A DNA stretch of 64,000 nt from an uncultured Chryseobacterium sp. (GCA_964476665.1 CAYZBO010000002.1:285-64284), one strand, 5' to 3'. Numbered from the stretch's first letter, positions 1 through 8,717 are shown. Numbers and translations are program-made. The notes: generated by a model from the sequence alone, not told the origin.

Positions 1-53
1 GGCACTTCATCCAACCGCCGTTGAATGGCCTCTTTGAGTTCCTTGTTGCTCAT
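1..53 (-). CDS. 5' end of an unidentified CDS that runs off the left edge of the window
   Basis: The reverse complement of 1-53 starts with ATG and reads MSNKELKEAIQRRLDEV, open to the edge. It is too short to identify. Confidence 0.25.
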   Translation of the reverse strand, partial: MSNKELKEAIQRRLDEV

Positions 54-149
54 GGTCCACCAAAAGTAATCCACCGGGCAAGGCCATGGACCCGCACTGA
101 CCGTCGTCATCGCCTCTCCGCTTTGCAGAGGGCACCTTCGCATTCCCCC

Positions 150-1253
150 ATGCGCCTCATCCAACACTTCCTACCGCGCCCACGCCACACGGAGATCCAC
201 CGCATCGCCGTGAAGGCAGCACCTGAGGAGGCGTGGAACATCGCGCGCCACTTCGACGGCGCCACCATCCCCTGGGTGCGCTTCCTCTTCGATCTGCGCA
301 CGCTACCCGACCGCCTGCGCGGCATCGATGTGCCCCTGTCCAAGGACAGCGGCCTGGGCGTGGACGAGATCGCTTCGCACGGGCACGGTTTCATGCTGTT
401 GGACGAGCAGCCCGGAGAGGAGGTCGTGGTGGGCGCGATCGGGCAGTTCTGGCACCTCAACATCCCCTTTACCGATTTGGCGCCACAGGGCTTCCCTGCG
501 TTCAATGAACCCGGCTGGGGCAAGGTGGCCTGGTGCATCCGCGTGGAACCGCGCGGAACAGGAAGCTGGGTGACGCTGGAGCTGCGCGTCACGACCACGG
601 ACGATGCCAGTTGGCGCAGGCAGACCGCGTACTTCCGCCTGATCGGTCCTTTCTCGCATCTCATCCGCACCTCGGCCATGGCGCACCTGGAGGCACAACT
701 CGGCAAGGCCAACGTTCCATCGGATGATGACCGGTCACTGCCCGGAGACGATATCATCCCCGATGCGCCCTACCGGCTCACGCATGCCATCGACATCGAG
801 GCGCCACCCGCGCTGGTGTGGCCCTGGCTCATGCAGCTCGGCTGCGACCGCGGCGGCTGGTACAGCATCGATGCGCTGGACCACGACGGGGAACCCAGCG
901 TGGAGGAGTTGCGCGCGGAATGGACCGAGCGCAAGGTGGGCGACATTGTGCATGCAACGCCCGCGCTCGACGGCGGCTACACGGTGCACGATGTGCTACA
1001 CGACCGGCACCTCGTGCTTGGCGCGGAGGCGGACCGCATGGGCGGACACATCCGCACCAGCTGGTCCTTCGCGCTCGAACCCATCGGCTCGGATGCCACG
1101 CGCTTGATCACGCGTGTGCGCGGCATCGGCACGCCGCCATGGTCGGCATGGCTGCAGGGGGCGGTGGTCTTTCCACCGGTGCACGCATTGATGCAACGCG
1201 CGCAATTGAAGAACCTGAAGCGGCTGGCGGAGGGGTTGGCGTGGGAACGGTAG
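150..1253 (+). CDS. SRPBCC (START/Bet v1-like) superfamily protein with two tandem domains
   Basis: This is the ORF 21-1253 frame. I prefer the first ATG at 150 (MRLIQHFLP...), because the track start at 21 is TTG. Two similar halves of roughly 170 aa have a polyketide-cyclase/dehydrase-like pattern (EEAW..I..F; PALVWPWLMQLG..RGGWYS). Confidence 0.6.
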   Translation: MRLIQHFLPRPRHTEIHRIAVKAAPEEAWNIARHFDGATIPWVRFLFDLRTLPDRLRGIDVPLSKDSGLGVDEIASHGHGFMLLDEQPGEEVVVGAIGQFWHLNIPFTDLAPQGFPAFNEPGWGKVAWCIRVEPRGTGSWVTLELRVTTTDDASWRRQTAYFRLIGPFSHLIRTSAMAHLEAQLGKANVPSDDDRSLPGDDIIPDAPYRLTHAIDIEAPPALVWPWLMQLGCDRGGWYSIDALDHDGEPSVEELRAEWTERKVGDIVHATPALDGGYTVHDVLHDRHLVLGAEADRMGGHIRTSWSFALEPIGSDATRLITRVRGIGTPPWSAWLQGAVVFPPVHALMQRAQLKNLKRLAEGLAWER

Positions 1254-1342
1254 AGGAGCGCGAGCTTGAGGACACGCGCCTTGCGACCGCGTTGTGATCA
1301 ATGGTTCCAGCCGGTCGGCAGGCACTGTTCTACGTCCCCACC

Positions 1343-2368
1343 TCACGGCAACGCTCCCATCGCCGCCTCCAGCGCCGCATCCAGACCGGCATTGAGCCCC
1401 TCCCGATCCGCCACGGCCACGATGGTCGGCGGCAAGCCGCGCCCCTCCCAGCTGATGCCGTTCGCATCGCGGTGGTCGGCGATGGAGAGCGTGACGCCCC
1501 AGCCGTTGGGCAGCTCGAAGAAGGCATTGTCCGCGAAGGCACCCGCGGTGGTGTCGCCGATGTGTGTCACGTGCGGCTGCGTGCGCATGGCCAGTGCGAA
1601 GGTCTCGGCCGCGCTCTGCGATCCACGGCCCGTGAGCAGGACGACGGGCTTCGCATAGGCAGGTCCGGTGGGCGTGGTGCTCCAAGTCACCTCCTGTCCG
1701 AAGTCGTCGGGGCCGGGGCCGGTCTTGCGGCGCACGCGCATGTAGGTGGCGGTCTGGCCGGTGAAGAGCCCCGCGCTGTACTGCGCGAAGGGGTCGAAGC
1801 CACCGGCGTTGTCGCGCACATCCACCACCAGGCCGTTGGTGCCGGCCAGTGCCTGCACGGCATCGCGCAAGCCCTTCGAGTAGTCGTTGTTGCTGCCGTC
1901 GAAATGGCGGATGTGGATGTAGCCGTGGCCGTCCACGAGCTTGCCGTACTCCACCGCCTCGTTCACCGCGTGGTACTCCGTGAGGTAATGGTCCTTCACG
2001 GTGGCGAAGTGGAAGGTCTCGTCAATGAAGGCGCCATCCACCAGATCGATGGACCAGCGTGGCAGCTCGGAGCTGTTCGGGTAGAGCGTGATGTGGGCGT
2101 CGTTCAGCGGCGTGAGCAGGTTGGCCAGCACCTCGCGGAGCTGCGCATCGCTCATGCCGTTGCTCACCTGCGGCCGGTATACGTTGCCGAGGCTGTCCCA
2201 ATCCAGGGCCTTCACACGGAACAGGCCATAGTGCTCCTTCACCGTGCGGTGCAGGCTTTCGAAGACGTTGACGGGATCGGTGGCGGGCTCATCGCCGAAG
2301 ACCATCTTCTGGCAGGAGCTGAACAGCAGCGCGCCAGCGGCTAGGGATACGAGGTGGAAGGCTTTCAT
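1343..2368 (-). CDS. S41 family peptidase, lipoprotein, no PDZ domain
   Basis: 341 aa. Lipobox LLFSSC. The motifs LVVDVRDNAGG and GRGSQSAAETFA are typical of the tail-specific/C-terminal processing peptidase fold. Its start overlaps the stop of the upstream barrel gene (ATGA at 2365-2368). Confidence 0.8.
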   Translation of the reverse strand: MKAFHLVSLAAGALLFSSCQKMVFGDEPATDPVNVFESLHRTVKEHYGLFRVKALDWDSLGNVYRPQVSNGMSDAQLREVLANLLTPLNDAHITLYPNSSELPRWSIDLVDGAFIDETFHFATVKDHYLTEYHAVNEAVEYGKLVDGHGYIHIRHFDGSNNDYSKGLRDAVQALAGTNGLVVDVRDNAGGFDPFAQYSAGLFTGQTATYMRVRRKTGPGPDDFGQEVTWSTTPTGPAYAKPVVLLTGRGSQSAAETFALAMRTQPHVTHIGDTTAGAFADNAFFELPNGWGVTLSIADHRDANGISWEGRGLPPTIVAVADREGLNAGLDAALEAAMGALP

Positions 2369-3225
2369 CGCTTGAGGAAGTTGTAGGTGAGGGCCGCTTC
2401 GAGGCGGCGATCGAAGAGGCGTAACTGGGCCGGATGATCCAGCTTGTGGCGTTCGGCATCGTTCAGGTAGCCGATGTGCAGGCCGAGGCCGAGGCTGAAG
2501 CGGTCCGAGACCCGGTAGGCGTAGCGCACATCGAGGCGCGCTTGGAACACTTGCCAGGGGGCGGCCCAGGTGGTGCCACTGTCAAAAAATGAACTGATGC
2601 GGCTCGTGTTGCCCGGCACGGAGACCGAACGCGACCAAGGCTCGCGGGTCATGAGCGCGACCAAGGTGAGCGCGAACTCGGCATTGACGGTGTGCCTCCC
2701 GAATTGCTGCGCGCGTCCGACCATGCCATCGAAGGTGGCGCAAGCCATCTGGCCCACGGGGGCGAAGCCCTGCGGACGGTTGGCGCTCCAGCCGATCGCA
2801 GGGCCGAAGTACCAGCCGGTGCCATCCTCCTGCGGACCGGCATGGAAGGTGCGCGCCACGCGCAGTTCGGCCATCCACATCGGGCGGTCCATGGGGATCG
2901 GCTCATCGGTCACGGTGCCGTCCCAGTCCCATGTGCGGAACAGCGTGGTGCGCGGACCAGTGGACGCGGGTGCGAGCAGGCCTCTGCCGTAGGCCAGCTG
3001 GAAGACCCAATCGCCCTTGGCCCCGATGTGCGCATAGGTGAACCCGATGCGGGCGAGGTCGGCGCGATGCACCAGATCGCCCACCTGGCGGTCGCGGACG
3101 AGCAGCCGGCCGAACCCCGGGGTCAGTTGGAGGTAACCCTGCCGGTCGGGCAGTTCCGCCTGGGCATGGGCCTTGGGCAGGGTCATGATGAGGAGGAGCA
3201 GAAGGAGGAGGATCGGCCTGTGCAT
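2365..3225 (-). CDS. Outer-membrane beta-barrel protein, function unknown
   Basis: I chose the ATG at 3225 (MHRPILLLLLLLIMTLPKAHA|QAEL signal peptide) inside track ORF 2365-3411. The sequence has alternating amphipathic strands rich in aromatic and Gly residues, and a C-terminal ...LTYNFLKR. Confidence 0.6.
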   Translation of the reverse strand: MHRPILLLLLLLIMTLPKAHAQAELPDRQGYLQLTPGFGRLLVRDRQVGDLVHRADLARIGFTYAHIGAKGDWVFQLAYGRGLLAPASTGPRTTLFRTWDWDGTVTDEPIPMDRPMWMAELRVARTFHAGPQEDGTGWYFGPAIGWSANRPQGFAPVGQMACATFDGMVGRAQQFGRHTVNAEFALTLVALMTREPWSRSVSVPGNTSRISSFFDSGTTWAAPWQVFQARLDVRYAYRVSDRFSLGLGLHIGYLNDAERHKLDHPAQLRLFDRRLEAALTYNFLKR

Positions 3226-3386
3226 GGCGCTCGGTTTTCGGATGCAAACCTCCAGACAGGCCATCCGCCGCCCAATAGAAGGCCACGCGAACCGGAAAAA
3301 GTGCGACATGAAGTGCAGGCTGCGCTGCTTCATGTTCCGAATGGACGAGCCCAGCATTGGATACGAGCTGGCCGAGCCAGCTTCGG

Positions 3387-3430
3387 GTGTCGGTCCATGC
3401 GGTCCATGCACGCTTTGTGTCGGTTCATGC
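3387..3430. promoter_or_regulatory. Imperfect 14-bp direct repeat, a candidate regulator-binding site in the divergent control region
   Basis: GTGTCGGTCCATGC lies at 3387-3400 and GTGTCGGTTCATGC at 3417-3430 (13/14 identical, 30-bp period). An extra GGTCCATGC copy lies at 3401-3409. The repeats sit in the 340-bp non-coding gap between the barrel/S41 operon and the kinase/LytTR operon. Confidence 0.4.
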
Positions 3431-3564
3431 AGGACGCGCTTTCATCCTGCTGGCGGACTGCCCAACTTCGTCCCACGGTGGACGCCACCGTTCGTACCAT
3501 GGCAGCAGCAGCGCACGATCGACCCGGGGGAAGGTCCGGGGCCTCGCCCGGCAGCCTTCCGTTC

Positions 3565-4578
3565 ATGCGGCGGCCGCTTGCGCTGAAGTTGATCATCATC
3601 TTCCTGCTTTCCGCCCTCAACCTCACGGGCGACTACGATTGGGGCCGCACCAATGCCACGCAGGAGTTCCTGATGGTGCTCACCACGCTCGGCCGCTGGG
3701 GCGTCACGCTCTTCGGTGCCTATGCCATCATACAAGGGTACCAGCGCCGCTACCCGCAGGCGGACCAGAACTTGAGCCGGCGTCGCGGGGCCTTCGTGTT
3801 CGTGCTGCTGCTCTGCTTCGCCACCAGCGTGGCATCGGACTTCCCCGAGGAACTGATCCTGCAGGGCAACCTGGACAACTTGGGCTTCAACTGGGTGAAC
3901 CACGTCTTCGGCGCGGTGCTCGTCAGCATCATCGTGTTGGGCGTGTTCGAGCTGAACTACACCGGCCAGCTGAACGCGCGGCTGGTGGCCGAGAAACAGG
4001 AGCTGGAACGTCTGCAACTGCAGAGCCGCTACGAGAGCCTGAAAAGCCAGGTGGACCCGCACTTCCTGTTCAACAGCCTCAACACCCTGAGCGCCCTGAT
4101 CCGCACCGACCCGAAACGGGCCGAGCAGTTCGTGGAGGAGCTCTCCCGTGTGTACCGCTACCTGCTGCGCGGCCGCGAGCACGACCTGAGCTCCCTGGAG
4201 GATGAGCTGGAGTTCATCCGCTCGTACGAGCACCTATTGAAGACGCGCTTCGGCAAGGGCTTCGTACTGAACATCGCCGTGGACGAGCACCTGCTGGGTC
4301 GGCGACTGCCCGCGCAGGCCCTGCAACTGCTGGTGGAGAACACGGTGAAGCACAACGTGATCTCCGAGGCGCAGCCGCTGACGGTGACCATCCGCACCGT
4401 GGGCAACGACCGCCTGGAGGTGCACAACAACCTGCAGCGCCGCAACAGCCGCATGCACTCCAACAAGGTGGGGCTGGTCAACATCACCGAACGCTTCCGG
4501 TTGCTGGGTGCGCCTTCTGTGCAGGTGGAGGAGACCGCAACAGACTTTCACGTGATCCTGCCCCTTCTGGGGGAATGA
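3565..4578 (+). CDS. Sensor histidine kinase, LytS/YehU-type (His_kinase + HATPase_c)
   Basis: ATG at 3565 (MRRPLALKLIIIFLL...) in the frame of track ORF 2692-4578. There are about four N-terminal TM helices and a coiled region. The H-box DPHFLFNSLNTLSALI is followed by the N-box LLVENTVKHN. The upstream part of the track ORF is antisense to the barrel gene. Confidence 0.85.
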   Translation: MRRPLALKLIIIFLLSALNLTGDYDWGRTNATQEFLMVLTTLGRWGVTLFGAYAIIQGYQRRYPQADQNLSRRRGAFVFVLLLCFATSVASDFPEELILQGNLDNLGFNWVNHVFGAVLVSIIVLGVFELNYTGQLNARLVAEKQELERLQLQSRYESLKSQVDPHFLFNSLNTLSALIRTDPKRAEQFVEELSRVYRYLLRGREHDLSSLEDELEFIRSYEHLLKTRFGKGFVLNIAVDEHLLGRRLPAQALQLLVENTVKHNVISEAQPLTVTIRTVGNDRLEVHNNLQRRNSRMHSNKVGLVNITERFRLLGAPSVQVEETATDFHVILPLLGE

Positions 4579-4581
4579 ACC

Positions 4582-5343
4582 ATGGACATCCTGATCATCG
4601 AGGACGAACAACTCGGGGCGGAACGGCTCGCCGCGCTGGTGCATGAGATCGACCCCGCGCACCGCGTACTGGCGATCTGCCCCAGCATCCGCGACAGTGT
4701 GGAATGGCTGGGCACGCACCCCGCACCGGACCTCATCCTGATGGACATCGAGCTGGCGGACGGGCAGTGCTTCGACATCTTCACGCAGGTGGAGGTGACG
4801 GCGCCGGTCGTGTTCACCACGTCGTACGACGAGTATGCGCTGCAGGCCTTCAAGGTGAACAGCATCGACTACCTGCTGAAGCCCGTGCGCAAGGAGGAGC
4901 TGCAGGCCGCGCTGGATAAGCTGGGACGGCTGCGTGCACAATTCGGTGGTGGTGCGATGGACATCGGCCGCCTGTTGGACCAGCTGCAGCAGGGCCGGAG
5001 CGCCTATCGGACGCGCTTCCTGGCCAAGCAGGGGAACAAGCTCATCGCCATCGGGATCGAGGAGATCGCCTACTTCTACGCCGAGGACCGCATCACGCTG
5101 TTCCGCACCTGGGATGGACGACGCTTCGTGGCGGACTACAAGCTGGAAGAATTGGAGACGATGCTCGACCCGCAGAACTTCCACCGGATCACCCGCGCTG
5201 TGATCGCCCATGCGCGCTCCGTGCAGGAGATCCACAGCCACTTCAACGGGCGCCTGAAGGTGATCCTGAAGCCGGCCCTGGACAAGGAGACCATCGTGAG
5301 CCGCGAAGGCGCCATGGCCTTCAAGCTGTGGATGGGGAAGTGA
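4582..5343 (+). CDS. LytTR-family response regulator (REC + LytTR DNA-binding domain)
   Basis: 253 aa. The receiver has MDILIIEDE...DLILMDIELADG...TTSYDEYAL. The C-terminal LytTR region has FYAEDRITLF...FHRITRAVIAH. It starts 3 nt after the kinase stop. Confidence 0.9.
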   Translation: MDILIIEDEQLGAERLAALVHEIDPAHRVLAICPSIRDSVEWLGTHPAPDLILMDIELADGQCFDIFTQVEVTAPVVFTTSYDEYALQAFKVNSIDYLLKPVRKEELQAALDKLGRLRAQFGGGAMDIGRLLDQLQQGRSAYRTRFLAKQGNKLIAIGIEEIAYFYAEDRITLFRTWDGRRFVADYKLEELETMLDPQNFHRITRAVIAHARSVQEIHSHFNGRLKVILKPALDKETIVSREGAMAFKLWMGK

Positions 5344-6851
5344 ATCGTTCTGCCAGAAAGGAAGCCAGCTTCACTGCATCGACCCAGGAACAGTTGGACC
5401 GCGCAGAACGACATAGAGGCTTGCTCTTCATGATGCTGTGGATCGGTGCCGGTGCCCTGAACGCCCAGGACTGCATGTGTGAGCAGGCCTTCCGGTCGGT
5501 GCGTGCCTACTTCGAGGAGAACCATCCGGGCTACAACGCCATGGATGCGCAGGCGCGGATGCGTGTTGACACATCAGCGGATTCGCTCGCAGTGGTGGTC
5601 AGCCGGCACCAACCGCAAGCGGAGTGCATCCTGTACTTGCAGCACTATGTGCGCCTGCTGCGCGACAACCACAGCTACATCGAGATCATGCCGCCTGCCC
5701 AGCAGGATGTGAACGAGGACGACCCCGAAGCGCTCGCCGCGTTCCGGAAGAGCGAGACTTTCCGGTCAACAGAGCGTATGCAGCTGGACACCGCGCAGGT
5801 GCTGCCCCGGCTGCGCGCGCTTCCCATGGACTCGCTGGAGGGGATCTGGAGCGACCGGTCTGGGACCTACACCCTCGCGTTCATTCGTCGCAGCGCTCCG
5901 CATCATGATCTGGCCGGAGTTGTCATCTCCTCCAAGAGCCGTTGCTGGGAGCCCGGCCAGGTCAAGCTGACCCTGAAGCCCCTGGGCGATGACCGCTATG
6001 AATGCCGGATGCGCACCAGGGTGCATGCGGTGGTGTGCTCCATCGTCACCTTGCGATCGGGACGCATGACCACCTTCGGTCTGCGCAAGCAGGAACTCTG
6101 GAAGGACGCCGCTCAGACAGAGCGACCTTTCGCATTCCAGCGCATCGACAGCGGCACGGTCATGCTGCTGATCCCGAGCTTCGATGGCGCCCTGCTGGCT
6201 CAGCTCGATTCGTTCTACCGCGCGCATGATGCGGAGATCCGCTCCTCCAAGGACCTCATCATCGATGTGCGCGGCAATGGGGGCGGATCGGAGGCCTGCT
6301 GGATCGGCCTGCTGCCCTACTTCTATACCGCACCGATCGAACTGGACCGCACGGAGTTGATGGTCGCCCCGGGCAACATCCAGCGCTACCGGGAGCGCCT
6401 GGCGGTGATGCGCGCGGACAGCGCCAACTTCGGAGCACAGGCGATCGCTTCGATGCGCGAGATGATCAGGCGGATGGAGGAAGCTCCGATGGGGACCTTC
6501 ATCCCCCAATTCGATCAAGTCCCAGCACCGATCGTGCTTGATACCGTCCTTGCTCGTCCGGTACGTGTCTGGATCCTGCAGGACCGCCGCTGTGCCAGCG
6601 CCACGGAAAGCCTGCTCTACTATGCCGGCAAGAGCACCAAGGTGACCACGGTAGGTAACCGGTCAGGCGGGTATGTGGGCTTCGGCAATGTGCTGCCTAC
6701 CACGGTATGCGGGTATCCGGTCGGCTGCACCACCACACGCTATCACGAGCTTGCGCAATACGAGTTCGTGGGTATTCCGCCCGGGATTGAGGTCGGCGGG
6801 GATGAGGATGCCCTGGAGCGGGTGCTGGAGGTCATCGGCCACGCACGCTGA
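5328..6851 (+). CDS. Secreted S41-like peptidase, no PDZ domain
   Basis: Motifs LIIDVRGNGGGSE and RRCASATESLLYYAGKSTKVTTVGNRSGG. The start is uncertain: ATG 5328 overlaps the regulator by 16 nt, and TTG 5394 or ATG 5430 would give a signal peptide ...LLFMMLWIGAGALNA|QD. Confidence 0.75.
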   Translation: MDGEVNRSARKEASFTASTQEQLDRAERHRGLLFMMLWIGAGALNAQDCMCEQAFRSVRAYFEENHPGYNAMDAQARMRVDTSADSLAVVVSRHQPQAECILYLQHYVRLLRDNHSYIEIMPPAQQDVNEDDPEALAAFRKSETFRSTERMQLDTAQVLPRLRALPMDSLEGIWSDRSGTYTLAFIRRSAPHHDLAGVVISSKSRCWEPGQVKLTLKPLGDDRYECRMRTRVHAVVCSIVTLRSGRMTTFGLRKQELWKDAAQTERPFAFQRIDSGTVMLLIPSFDGALLAQLDSFYRAHDAEIRSSKDLIIDVRGNGGGSEACWIGLLPYFYTAPIELDRTELMVAPGNIQRYRERLAVMRADSANFGAQAIASMREMIRRMEEAPMGTFIPQFDQVPAPIVLDTVLARPVRVWILQDRRCASATESLLYYAGKSTKVTTVGNRSGGYVGFGNVLPTTVCGYPVGCTTTRYHELAQYEFVGIPPGIEVGGDEDALERVLEVIGHAR

Positions 6852-6887
6852 ACGCGCAGCCAGCACCTCCCCAGTGGTGAACCCGGA

Positions 6888-7277
6888 TCAGGGCTTCCCT
6901 ACATCCTCCACGCCCGGCCACAGCGTCACTGCGGGCGGGCCACTGAGCAGTGGCATGGCCTTGGCCTTGAAGGCCTCCAAGTGCGGGGTGCTACCATGTG
7001 CGCCGGTGTAGTAGGCCTGGTCGGCCCAGCGCTCCACCAGCAGGATGCGGTCGGGATCGCCCTGCACATCGCGCAGCACGGTGATGCCCAGGTAGTGCGG
7101 CTCCTTGCGCACCTCGGCGAGCAGCGGCTGCAGGGCGGCATGGAGCGCATCGCCCTTGCCTGGCAACGCGCGGTAGTCCACCGTTACCACAACGGCGGTG
7201 GAAGTGGTCTGTGCACTGACACCGATGGTGCATGCGAGCAGGCCGATCATGGTGATCACGGTGAGGAAGGTGGGCAT
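6888..7277 (-). CDS. Antibiotic-biosynthesis-monooxygenase (ABM) domain protein with a signal peptide
   Basis: ATG at 7277 (MPTFLTVITMIGLLACTIGVSA|QTT). The ferredoxin-like ABM pattern includes HYLGITVLRDVQGDPDRILLVERWADQAYY..H...PHLEAF. Confidence 0.65.
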   Translation of the reverse strand: MPTFLTVITMIGLLACTIGVSAQTTSTAVVVTVDYRALPGKGDALHAALQPLLAEVRKEPHYLGITVLRDVQGDPDRILLVERWADQAYYTGAHGSTPHLEAFKAKAMPLLSGPPAVTLWPGVEDVGKP

Positions 7278-7559
7278 GGTAGGTGGTGTTTGCAGGATCA
7301 AGGTACGCCCTTGTCCTGTTGATATATACGTTCCCATCAAGAACGATCGGCGAGACCGCATCAGCGCATGACCTTCTGGATCCGATCGCGCATTGGTTCA
7401 TGGTCCGATGCCGCGTGAGCGATCACAGCGAATGCCCCACAGCGACGATGGAGCGAGGAGGTTGAGCGAAGAGGGAACCAGCACGCTCACCCTTGGACTC
7501 CGCTCAGGGTGACACGTGCCGGTCATCTGATCGTCTGATCCTCTACTTGTCTGATCGCC

Positions 7560-8717
7560 CTACTCCACCCAGCTCTTCCAGTACTTCCCATCATCCAGCT
7601 TCAGCGCCTCCTCGGTCACCATCAGCGGCTTGAAGGTGTCCACCATCACGGCGAGCTCGTCCGTTTGCTTCTTGCCGATGCTGCGCTCCATGGCGCCGGG
7701 GTGCGGGCCGTGGGGGATGCCGGCGGGGTGCAGGCTGATGTGGCCGGGGCCGATGTCGTTGCGGCTCATGAAGTCGCCGTCCACGTAGTAGAGCACCTCG
7801 TCGCTGTCGATGTTGCTGTGGTTGTAGGGCGCGGGGATGGCCTGCGGGTGGTAGTCGTAGAGGCGGGGTACGAAGCTGCACACCACGAAGGCGTCCGTCT
7901 CGAAGGTCTGGTGGATGGGCGGCGGCAGGTGTACGCGGCCGGTGATGGGCTCGAAGTCGTGGATGCTGAAGGCGTAGGGGTAGTTGTAGCCGTCCCAGCC
8001 CACCACGTCGAAGGGGTGGCTGGCGTACACCAGCTCGTGCAGCATGTTCTGCTTCTTCACCTTGATCACGAAGCTGCCTTTCTCGTCGTGCGTCTCCAGC
8101 TTCTTCGGGCGACGGATGTCGCGCTCGCAGAACGGTGAATGCTCCAGCAACTGGCCGAACCAGTTGCGGTAGCGCTTGGGCGTGTACATGGGGCGGTGGC
8201 TCTCCACGATGAACAGCCGGTTGTCGCTGTCGGTGAACTCCATGTTGTAGATCATCCCGCGGGGGATCATCAGGTAGTCGCCGTACTTGAAGTCGATGTT
8301 GCCCAGGAAGGTGCGCAGGGTGCCGCTGCCCTTATGCACGAAGATCATCTCATCGCAGTCGGCGTTCTTGTAGAAGTAGTCCACGCTCTTCGCCTGGGGA
8401 GCGGCGAGCACGATGGCGCAATCGCTGTTCACCAGGATGGGCTTGCGGGCGGCCAGGTGGTCCTTCGCGGGAGTTGCCTTGAATCCGTGCAGCCGGAGCG
8501 AACGCATGTTCTTTTCAATGGCGATCTTCGGGGTGACGTCCTTGGGCTTGCGCAGCTCCTTCACCATGGTGGGCCGGTGCACGTGGTAGCTCAGGGTGCT
8601 CATGCCATCGAAGCCGACGGTGCCGAAGAGCTGCTCGTAGTAGTAGCGGTCCTTGCCGTTCTTGAAGACGGTGTGGCGCTTGTGGGGGATCTTGCCCAGG
8701 GTATGGTAGATAGGCAT
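7560..8717 (-). CDS. hmgA: Homogentisate 1,2-dioxygenase
   Basis: 385 aa and full-length HGD-like: MPIYHTLGKIPHKRHT..., ...HRPMYTPKRYRNWFG..., ...HSNIDSDEVLYY..., ISLHPAGIPHGPHPG. Confidence 0.9.
   Translation of the reverse strand: MPIYHTLGKIPHKRHTVFKNGKDRYYYEQLFGTVGFDGMSTLSYHVHRPTMVKELRKPKDVTPKIAIEKNMRSLRLHGFKATPAKDHLAARKPILVNSDCAIVLAAPQAKSVDYFYKNADCDEMIFVHKGSGTLRTFLGNIDFKYGDYLMIPRGMIYNMEFTDSDNRLFIVESHRPMYTPKRYRNWFGQLLEHSPFCERDIRRPKKLETHDEKGSFVIKVKKQNMLHELVYASHPFDVVGWDGYNYPYAFSIHDFEPITGRVHLPPPIHQTFETDAFVVCSFVPRLYDYHPQAIPAPYNHSNIDSDEVLYYVDGDFMSRNDIGPGHISLHPAGIPHGPHPGAMERSIGKKQTDELAVMVDTFKPLMVTEEALKLDDGKYWKSWVE

Noticed and set aside
2692-3564. N-terminal 291-codon extension of the kinase ORF (track ORF 2692-4578)
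   Set aside because: The extension is antisense to the barrel gene and crosses the non-coding control region. The kinase's TM region begins right after the ATG at 3565.
3308-3586. Cys-rich 92-aa ORF (MKCRLRCFMFRMDEPS...GPCGPCTLCVGSC...) beside the kinase/LytTR pair, considered as a possible peptide-signal or RiPP precursor
   Set aside because: It is tempting because LytTR loci often encode peptide signals, but three things argue against it. The central part has many A/T-ending codons, unlike real genes here. The frame runs into and overlaps the kinase start. The GPCGPC segment is simply the DNA direct repeat read in one frame. I kept it only as an alternative to test in the direct-repeat finding (3387-3430).
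7526-7556. Three copies of TCTGATC (7526-7532, 7534-7540, 7550-7556) just 3' of the hmgA stop
   Set aside because: These are very short (7 bp) repeats with irregular spacing in a 3' UTR. They are likely chance or low-complexity sequence, and no associated structure or gene was seen.
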